NCBI GenBank assembly: GCA_003344405.1
Contig: NOWV01000016.1
Location: forward strand, 620,001 to 684,000
Reading direction: 5' to 3'
Source of the DNA: Trichoplax sp. H2
Taxonomy: Eukaryota
DNA length: 64,000 nt
Shown one piece after another: positions 53,960 to 64,000 of the stretch. Each line of letters starts with the position of its first letter. Within the stretch, counting starts at the first letter, position 1. A program made the position numbers and the translations under genes. Below the pieces are notes generated by a model. The model was not told the DNA's origin. It made no database searches and saw only the letters and a program-made list of their open reading frames with translations.

Positions 53960-56900
53960 ATGGTAAGTTAGGTCAATTGGGATTTAGTTTACTACATAGA
54001 ATTCATTAAGTTAAGACTAAATGCAGCCATCGAAGTTACACAAAGAAAACAGCCTCTACTTTCTGTCATATCCTATCGACTATTACGTACATTTCATCGT
54101 TTCCATAGTTATTTTATACGTCACTATTGGATAAGTAACTTAGTAGCGAAGCTACATATCAAGCATATCATTGATTCAGATATCAGCAATATTGACCACG
54201 GTATAATGTACAATATTCTCATTTTATTCAACTGTCCTACTCATTGTATCAATTTTAATAACCTTATTTGTCCTTTTCTACCATTTGTAAACACTCATAA
54301 TAGGGAACGCCACAGAGTGATATCGAATTACCGGTTAATTCACCTGTGCAATTGTGGAAGCTAAAACATCGAGACTATATTGTCAATTATGGCAAAAGTA
54401 AAGACGATTATGTAAGTTCTGTAAGGTGATTTCTTAACTTCAAAACAATTCTCCCTTTTCTTTTATCATGGACATGCTCATACCCTGTCAAATGACAACA
54501 ATTTACACCGCCATCACGTAATATTTTGCATGAGAAAAATAATTAATAAAAATATCTCCCTTTGTCGGGACAAACTAGATTATAATGGATGATAATTTTA
54601 AATTTGATTGATAATTTATAATAAACTAGGAATACTGTATGTCGGAATATCTTCGAATCAATGGTGTCTACTGGGGGATTACAGCTCTTTGCTTATTAGA
54701 TCAACTCGATCAATTAAATAAAACTGAAGTTATAGACTTTGTGAAATCATGCCAGCATCCATCAAGCGGATTTGGCGCTAGTCCCAATCATGATCCGCAT
54801 ATCTTATCTACTTTAAGCGCAATCCAGGTCAGCCATGAGAAAAAGTGTAGACAGTTTAATTTTATCTGTTATCCTTATTTATAGTGGCCTTTTATAGCAC
54901 CAAAGCTACGTACTGCATAGCGCACTGTACTTAGCCAAAGTGGGAATAACTTCATTAATACATTCTAAGCATCTGGCTACATGTTAGTAATATTTCACAT
55001 TGGTAATACTACCTTGCAATGAATTGATAATTATCATTACTTTGGTGGATGATTATCAAAATTGCAGGGGTGTGGATAATTTATGCACTCTAGTATAGTT
55101 TACTATTGCTACTGAGTGATTTGATCACAGCCGGTTACCAATAAATTTTTAGTAGTTCACAATCTAGTGAACAATTCGTAGTTTCATAAGACATGATGGC
55201 TAATTTTTTAAATTCTTTAAAACAACTATAAATTATAAATTAGATCTTAACAATTTATGATGCGGTCGATGAAATCGATGTAGATGGTGCCGTCAATTTT
55301 ATTCATTGTCAACAGCAGAATGATGGCTCGTTTTCTGGCGATAAATGGGGTACTGTTAATCGACCTATAATAGAATTATAACGGTGATTTAGACTTTATT
55401 GAATGACATAAAAGCGAAGCAGAAATTTACATAACAATATTATTGCATTCAGTATACCCATCGATAGGCTAGGGTAGAGTTTTGATGTATTCTCTACTAA
55501 TATAGCGAAAAAAAAAGAGATGAACTAAATGAAATTTCAACATTTTACCTTTCACATTAGGTGAGATTGACAATCGGTTCTCCTTTTGTGCTCTAGCTTG
55601 CTTATCGTTGCTTGTAAGTAATAAAAACAAAAAGAGATATCCAGATATTCTTATGTAATAATTAATGATGATATTCGAACGTTAGATTCCGTTTTACAAA
55701 GTACTTCATTACAAACGGACATTAATTCTTCCGTTAGTAGTTATTGGAGTTTAATCATCATAATTAAAGTATAGAATACAAGCTCTGTTCATTTATTGAC
55801 GTTTCTTGAACAATTTTATAAACAATAGTTTTAATTATATAGTTTAATATACTGCAGCATGCCGGCATACAATTGTCGTATAATATTGATAAGTTAAATA
55901 TTATGTATAATAGATAAGATTAATCTTTGAACTCTGTAAATGATGGGTAAAAATGTTAGTAATAGTTTTTTAATGTTTCGTAATCAATATTTATATTTTG
56001 ATCGCGTAGTTTGAAACAATTCTATTTTCTATATGGTTGGCTTATTTATATATAGGGACGTTTAGATGCTATCAATGTCGATAGTGCTATCGATTTTATC
56101 TTAAAATGTATGAATTTTGATGGAGCGTTTGGTTGTAAGCCTGGTTCGGAATCCCATTCTGCTCAAGTATGTAATACTTAATAGTATAATTTGTATCACT
56201 ATTGGATAACTCTCTATTGTTGCTAGATTACCATATAAATTCTGTTAACCACGTTAAGTAATTACGGTTTCCTTTGCAAATAATTTAATTGCAATTAATA
56301 TAAATTAACGGAAGATATTATGTTGATGCAATATTTTTATAAATGGATTGCTTACAGCACTACATTAAAATTCGTAATAAAGATTTTTGTATTAACGTTG
56401 AAAATAAATTCTTGTATTAAGTGTGTGAGCCATTTTTATCGGTAAGGTAACATGCTTATGCTAAACAATACAGAAATTGCTCGTCAATAAACTAGTAACT
56501 AATTTGATAATCGCTTTAAACCAACTTTATCAATTTAGGTCTATTGCTGTGTAGGATCACTAGCAATCACAGGACGCCTTCATCATCTAAATATTGATGC
56601 ATTAGGCTGGTGGTTAAGTGAAAGACAACTTCCTTCTGGCGGATTGAATGGTATATTGAAAAGTCGCTGTTTTAATATTTATCACAAGTATTAAAGTAAA
56701 ATTGGGATTACATGTAATTAAAATAAGAAGTTTATACGGTGTTTGATTTATCTATTATTTAATTGATTTATGTATTGCTATATAAATAGGCAGGCCTGAG
56801 AAGTTACCTGATGTATGCTATTCATGGTGGGTTTTATCATCATTGGCTATTATCGGCAAATTACATTGGATTAACAAAGTAAAAGCAATTTTATCAAGAG

Positions 56901-57224
56901 ATAATATCTTTCGTCATTGCCCAGAAAATTTATTATTGAATCATATCCTGTTGACTAAAATTAATTAATGATATTTTGCAACTATTGTTCTTATTTTTGA
57001 TTGTAAAGGAGAAATTAATTAACTTCATCTTAGCTTGCCAAGATGAAGAAACTGGAGGAATTGCAGACAAGCCTGGCGACTTAGTTGATCCATTCCACAC
57101 TTTATTCGGTATTGCTGGGTTATCATTACTTGGGGATACGACCTTAAAACAAGTTAATCCTGTCTATTGCATGCCAGAAGAAGTTATACAAAAACTTAGG
57201 TTAAAAGTCCAGATGCTAAATTAA
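53960..57224 (+). CDS. RABGGTB: Rab geranylgeranyltransferase beta subunit, 331 aa; exons 53960-53962, 54304-54411, 54630-54827, 55244-55349, 55561-55613, 56056-56166, 56539-56650, 56790-56878, 57009-57224
   Basis: M|GTPQSDI...[107 protein letters not shown]. The exons sum to 996 nt. Confidence 0.97.
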
Positions 57225-60200
57225 AATTGTAAAGTCTGTCATATATACAGTATATGTATACATATATGTTAAATGTATGAAGAGAGATGGATAAGTATAA
57301 GTATGCGTGTCCATGTTAAAGTAATAGATGGATCATTTACTAACGGATGACAAATTTTACATTTTTATTTATGTATTACACGGCAATTTTGTATAATCAA
57401 ATAACAGATCTTACTCATAGAGAAAATACGTACATCTATTTGCACTGATTTACCAATTTTGTTATGAAAAGCAAATAACGCTCGGCAATATCGATGTTAA
57501 ATAATTTAAAATCAGCCCTTTTGCTTTAGCGAAAGGGCTGCACGAAGATTATACTAATGATAATAGCAATTTTCAACTGTATCAGTAATAAAATTCAATA
57601 TTGCTAAATAGACTGGGATTGCCGCTATAATGGATTAATAGTATCATGGAAGAGATATAATAATAAGCGATTTTTCGCCTATACAACTTGAAGTTTAACT
57701 TGATATAAAAATAAATAGGATTTGTGTTTCAGATACAATACATTTGTTTAGTCTTATCATTTACTCATTAGATTGAAGCATTCTATACAATAGCTATATT
57801 ATTACATCAATAACATAAATTTTATCAACATTTTTCAAACGATCATAATTTCATTTTAATCACAAATAACAATAGTCTATAAACAATGAAAGTATAGATT
57901 AAAATTAGTGATACTGGTATCGATTCCTAATTTTGGAAGGATAATAAACTATTTTCGATAGAAACTGAAGGATGTTTTTACTCCAATTACGTTCGATCAT
58001 GCTGAAGGAATAAGAGAATTTTTTTAATACTCAACAATTACACACTTTCTAACGATACAAGTGCGCTATACTGTACTTTAGTTCGTGATTATCGCTAACT
58101 CATTTTTTCTAGGTACATTATGAAATCAAAATTGAATAAAGGGAAAGTCAATAAAGACTGTCCTATTGATTTACTTGATATATTAATTATTAATATAATG
58201 TCTTATCCAATATAAAAAGCTTTTAACATGATAAAACCTAATATGGAATTTATGAATAAGATTAAAAGCTAATTCCAACTACATCATTTACGTATTATAG
58301 CGTTGTTTTCACAATCAATCCATTTTCCGCTCATCGTGATTTCTATATACCTTGTAGAGATGTTATTTTATTTCACCTGCGCCCCCATAGGATACCGTCA
58401 AAACACCATTTATTCCATAGGATTAATATGAAAGTAATCCTTTCACATTTGAAATCGGTAGTGTAGTCTGTATTACTTCGTTAAAAAATAAAATATGAGA
58501 AAAAAATTATGTCGTTCTTTAGACAGGTTTTCAGCCTGACGGTCTGTAATTTGATTCTAATAATTATTCGATACAGTCATCTTTTAATTGTATTATTACG
58601 TATTCCTTTTATTCAAAAAATTCCAAAAGCGAAATGTCAGGTATTTGTGTCTTTCGAACTTTAATCGACTATATAATAGATAAAGAATGAGAAATATCAA
58701 AATGCTTTTTAATTACTTGTGTGAGTCTCATCCGTTTTTCTTATATGCTCTACATAAAAAAAAATGATGTATTGTATTGATTACTCGAATTGTCATTAAG
58801 ATTTGGAACAGAGATGATACAGTAGAATTATAATTAAAAAATTTTCTCTGTGAAAATACTACCAGGCTATTTAATAAGGAAGCTGAGCCTAGAGTATACA
58901 AATTATTCTAACAACGATTTTTCATAAAATTTCATTGATTTCTATTCTGTCCTTCTTTTGATATGTCATTTTAAATCTTGAATCGAGATATTGATGATGT
59001 CAAATCTCAGATTGGACTTTATCCTACCAATTCGTCAAAGTCAGTCAACGATAGTTATTTGTTGTTTGTTGTTTTCCTTGTATTTGTTCATGTTTGATGT
59101 TTTATGTTTGGTTAACTCACAAAACTATCGTTGGTTTAAATTTGTATTATAGACTTTACGTTTTCTTAAGAACTTATTTACTTCGATATTAAATAAAGGT
59201 CACATCCATTTTGGTACTTTATCGTGCAATACCCTTAACTTTTGTTCGTGTCTCTGCATAACTCAGTTGTCAATTTAAAAGGACTACCTGAAAATTCCTC
59301 TTAATCTAGTTGACTTTCCAAGTGTACGCTTCTTAATCATTTTTCATTATCCATGTACGCTATGGATACATGCTATATATATAATTTTCCCTCTCTTACT
59401 GTATCCTTCTCTTCACCGCTAAATTTATTCTATTCTCAGATATTGTCCAATGAAAATGAGCTAGTTGAATACTTTCATTGATGTCATTTCTAAATCTAAA
59501 TGACATTTATTCGGTAGATCAATGATAATAATTGACAAGTATTATATTTTTAGTATGAAGAATGTTGCATTAAAAACTAGATGATGCCTAATTGAACTTT
59601 CATTTCTTTCTATCCTATTCACCTTGCTTTTAATTTCCTTTCTGAAGCAACACTACAAGTAACATTTCTTTTTTTTTGCCGGTTGGCTCTTGCACCTCTA
59701 ATCTATTTCATACTATTATTCAAGTTATTTTTAATAAGTGAATACTTATTCATTAGGTAAAGCTAATTGATACAGTATTCCATCTAGCCGTAGATATTTA
59801 ACAATTTATTTTATTCATTTTCCGTAACTGATGCAAATTTTTTGTATGCATCATTTTTTAGTTTCGAAGTCTACTTCGAATTTGATAGATTTACTTACTT
59901 TTATAGCAAGCAGTTCATTCATTTTACTAAATTTATCTACATTATTATTTTTCACAGATCTGGATATATTCAAATATATATATACGCATATATATATATA
60001 TATTTATATCTATATATCTCTAATGGTATTCCATTTTCTTTCGCTATCTTGGAATCTCTTTCCTTAAGCTTGCTTTTAAAATTACTTGCTATCCCCTTTT
60101 CTTGGGAAAATTGACTTGAAATACCTCTCATCGTCATCCACGTGGTAGTTTTTTTTGTTACATTAGCAACGATAAAACACCACCAATTTTGAATAAGAAA

Positions 60201-60434
60201 CTCATCGTTGTAAGCATCTTGCTGGTTGTGGTGGCGGAGGTAATACTGTATCCTATTTTGAAAAAGCTTTTTGCAAATTCAGTTCTCATTTTTCCCCATT
60301 GATTACCCTTGACGTGGCTCCTTTTTAAATATCAACAGGACGTTCAAATAGAAAATAAATTTAAAAATTGTAGTCACTTGTTATTCATAACATTTTAGTC
60401 CAATTCTCTTATTTTATTTTCTATCAGACAAAAA

Positions 60435-63400
60435 ATGAGATCTATTTTACTCTTTTATATAGTTATCACTATAATTTCTTTATACGTTATCAAGCCTGCT
60501 AAGACTACATCGGCCCGTCTACGGTGTGGTATATCATTAGATAAAAGGAAAGAAGATTATATTCATTCTCGATATCCTCGACATACACCGATCCATCAGC
60601 CAGTACAAGATGATGGAGCGCTCTATTTCAATGGTAAGGATACTATTCAATTGCCAATTGAAAGTATAGAAATAAGTCGTGGCTTCAGTATTGAATTTTG
60701 GATTAAAGTAGAGGGTGGACAACACGCCAATACTATTATCGTTGGGCTTTATGATCGTTGTTTCTTAAGGTATCAAAGTTTAATAATTGGATTAAAGAAC
60801 AGGAATCAACATCGACAGTCTACTCTATATTACTCATTGCAAACAGATAGTTTCAATTCAATGAGTACTATTGAAGGGCCCACAACTGTCACTATTGGAA
60901 AATGGCTCCATGTCGCTGCAACCTATAACCAAAAAAAAATGCAGCTTTATATTAATGGAGCACGAATGGGCACTGATACACGACAAAAGGGCCAATTATT
61001 GGCTAATCACTCAGCACTATGCCGAGCTATTTATATTGGAGGCGGTCATGGTGATGGACAACAAAATAATGGCACCGATGACAACTTTAATCAATATTAC
61101 CGTGGCAGTATCGATCATTTTCGCATCTATAATTACTCTCGATCACATAGGTCTATTAAGCGTGACATAGATCAATTGAATCATGCAAGCCGTTATCATC
61201 ACTATCATCATCAGCATCATCAGCATCATCTCCATCATCGTCATCATCGTCATCATTCTCGTCATCACCATCGTCATCACAACAATAGCAACCATATTCA
61301 TGATTCAATGGGTTTAATTTATCAAGAATCATTTGATGGTATCGTCCGTTGGACAACACCAAAATTAAATAAACCTAAAAGAATTCATTCTACACGCCAT
61401 GAAAGTTATCATCAAATTGAAATTTATCCACCGCCATGTGGTTTAACATTATGTGATAATCATGAAATTATCAAGACTTATTTGGCTCACTATCCTGATT
61501 GGCAACATACACCTAAGTTGGTACAATATCGCCTAATTAATATCTACAACGATGATGGCAGTAATCCACTAGTAACTCAACAACAGATACAACGGCAACA
61601 CCAATACCTACTGAATCATTTTGCACCATATGGGATCCAGTGGAAACTTCATGAACATAAAATATATAATACAACATTGAGACAGCGCCATGTCTTGGTC
61701 GGTTGTAAATCGAGCATGATTGCTGATGATATTTGCCAAGAAGAATGCAATAGTGTCATTACTGGCTATGATGGTGGCGATTGTTTATCAGGTTCACAAC
61801 ATCAAATTGATGAATTATGTGATAGCAATAACATTGGAAATGGAATCTGTGATAATCAATGCAACTATCGGCATTATAATTGGGATGATGGCGATTGTTG
61901 TCTTCTCAACTCAATCTCAACAGCTACCACTACTACAAGCAATTGTGTTGATCCCGATTCTCCTCACCGGAATTATCTGTCAATTGAAGAATATAAAAAT
62001 ACTATTAATTTAACCAATGAAAATTATTTAAATATCTACTTTGGACATTGGACATGGGAAGATTTACTTGGTATTGCTACTTTTCCATGGGAACGCCATG
62101 TCAAAACCTTGCTAGGTGGAACAATCTTGAAAGCAACCCATTATGGTCATACTGGTCACTTAGATATTATGATTCATGAAATTGGCCATAACTTAGGTTT
62201 ATGGCATGTTCATCATGGTATATCGGAAATGAAATGTAGTGATCCATGCTACGAACGTTATCCATCGATGGAATTAGGTGATTTATGCTCCGATACAGCA
62301 CCTACACCGCTTAATAATTTATGCCTATCCCCTCTATCTCGCGATGATGCATGCTATGATCATTTAAAGTATAATAATACGCCGTATCGTAATTTTATGA
62401 GTTATTCTAACGGATCGTGCTTGCATAAAACTTTTACACCACAGCAAGTAGCTCGTATGCATTGCTATATTGATCAACATTATACTTCTTGGTTGGTTGA
62501 TGATGATCCAGCACCTTCGATTATTCCAATTCCACCACAAATACTATCTAACGATCATCAACAATTACAAATTGCGTGGATATCACCGTTGCGTGATCAA
62601 CGTCATCAAGTATGCGAACATTGTCATTCCAATGGAGCTCTAGTTCAATTTGCAACTAAAGTATCATCACCATTTACTTATCGTACAACTGGTATGAATA
62701 TTTGGTCGCCTGAAGTAGCCTTAAAAGGTTCGCCCGATGCTAAAGCATGTGAATATGATAGGTATGCATGGATTGCACATGAATATTGCAATAGTACATG
62801 TTATGTCGAGGTCGGTTTTGATCAGTTGGTTGTTGGACGCCAATTAAAAATATGGGTTACTGGTAATTATAAAAGTGCTCGCGCTTTACATGATATTATA
62901 TTATATTATCAAGATGGGAGCAAAGAATCATTAGGAAGTCAAGCGGTCCAATGCGATCAGCCATTTACAACACCTTTATGGTCAAGTAAGATACTAACGC
63001 ATTTAAAGATTTACATTTCTCATCCTGATGTAGGTATCGATTCCGTCCAACTAACTTCATCGCAACATCATAGCGTTTGTGATCATTGCCAACTGCTAAC
63101 TTATCGTGTTCATCGCCAACCACCATTTTATTCAAATCAATCGTCGATGATAACAACTACAACTCATTTTCTAGATTTATGGACGAAGCCATCGGTTAAT
63201 TATATCTATACTGTCCAAGCTATTAGTAATAACCGAACTGGACCTCTATCATCACCTTTGCGTTATTTCTTCAAAGAAGGCTTTTGTGGCAATGGTATAA
63301 TTGAAAATGATGAAAGTTGCGATGACGGTAATCGGCATGATGGTGATGGTTGTAATCTTCGTTGTCAAGTTGAAGAATTTTTTCATTGTCAGCATCAACC

Positions 63401-64000
63401 GAGTCTTTGCTATTATCACCTGAATGATGATATATGTGAAGAATTTGAGGAGAGAGTTAGTCCTCATGATTGTGGATTTTATACACCGAAAGGATTTCGT
63501 GATCAATGGGCTTCTCATGCCGTTGCAAATCCCGAATTTCAAGGAGAAAAATGTAGCGATTTTGAAACATTATTATTAGGACCTCCATCTGTTGATCAAG
63601 TAAATGGCATACTTTACTAATTATTGAATGCTATTTTTATAATATCTTATACTTAAAATATCGTAAAATGTTAAGTATTTTAACTACAAAGTTAACTTAT
63701 GGCTTTCTTTTCATTTTTATTGTTTTATATCAGAAATGTACATCTAATCTGGATATGAAATCGTTTTGGCAAGAACTTCCTGTAGCTTGGTATCCATGCG
63801 GTCATCATTATGAAGATGCAAATTTTTGGATTCAAGTAAGCTTCCAGCGTTCAGTTGTTGCATCATCAGTATTGATCTATTTAGCTACAGATGGCAATAT
63901 CGTATTATATACTAAAAGAGTAAGGATATATGTTCAACTAATCGATACAGAAGATAACGTTCACGAAATTACACCTAATGGTATCTTGGCATCATGCAAT
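60435..64000 (+). CDS. PAPPA: Pappalysin (PAPP-A family metzincin, M43B), 3' partial; exon 60435-63599, next exon from 63734 past the window edge
   Basis: Signal peptide, RYPR candidate furin site, LamG-like domain, two LNR modules (YDGGDC, WDDGDCC), zinc motif HEIGHNLGLWH, GDLCSDTAPTP, Met-turn NFMSY and FCGNG..CDDGN..DGDGC repeat. Donor CAA|GTAAAT; the next exon (AWYPC, FWIQVSF) stays open to the end of the window. Confidence 0.95.

Noticed and set aside
53963-57008. Intronic C/D snoRNAs (vertebrate RABGGTB hosts SNORD45)
   Set aside because: No properly spaced RTGATGA/CTGA pair with an 18S-complementary guide was found by eye; candidates at ~55046-55115 and ~55666 are incomplete. An Infernal search would settle it.

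Overview
AT-rich, intron-containing animal genomic DNA. The compact introns, base composition and ancestral-looking proteins suggest a non-bilaterian, most likely a placozoan such as Trichoplax; this is an inference and was not verified. Manual splicing recovers nine protein-coding genes: RAPGEF1/C3G (-), TADA1 (-), TEX264-like A (+), a small four-TM CD20/MS4A-like protein (-), TEX264-like B (-), GFI1/senseless (-), RPAP2 (-), RABGGTB (+) and pappalysin (+, runs off the right edge). The window also holds several local tandem repeats, CAGTA/GTAC-rich promoter islands and a 20-N assembly gap. The main observations are: an AT-AC minor-spliceosome intron in RAPGEF1; dense proneural-type E-box clusters with CSL and Gfi1 sites upstream of GFI1; two convergent, tail-less TEX264 paralogues bracketing an orphan tetraspan gene; a pappalysin with a 3.2-kb exon and a His-rich insert; a hairpin-bearing ~300-bp tandem repeat; and gene neighbourhoods shared with human chromosomes 1 and 9. 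No prokaryotic features, tRNA, rRNA or CRISPR arrays were seen. Exon boundaries were read by eye and may be off by a few nt.
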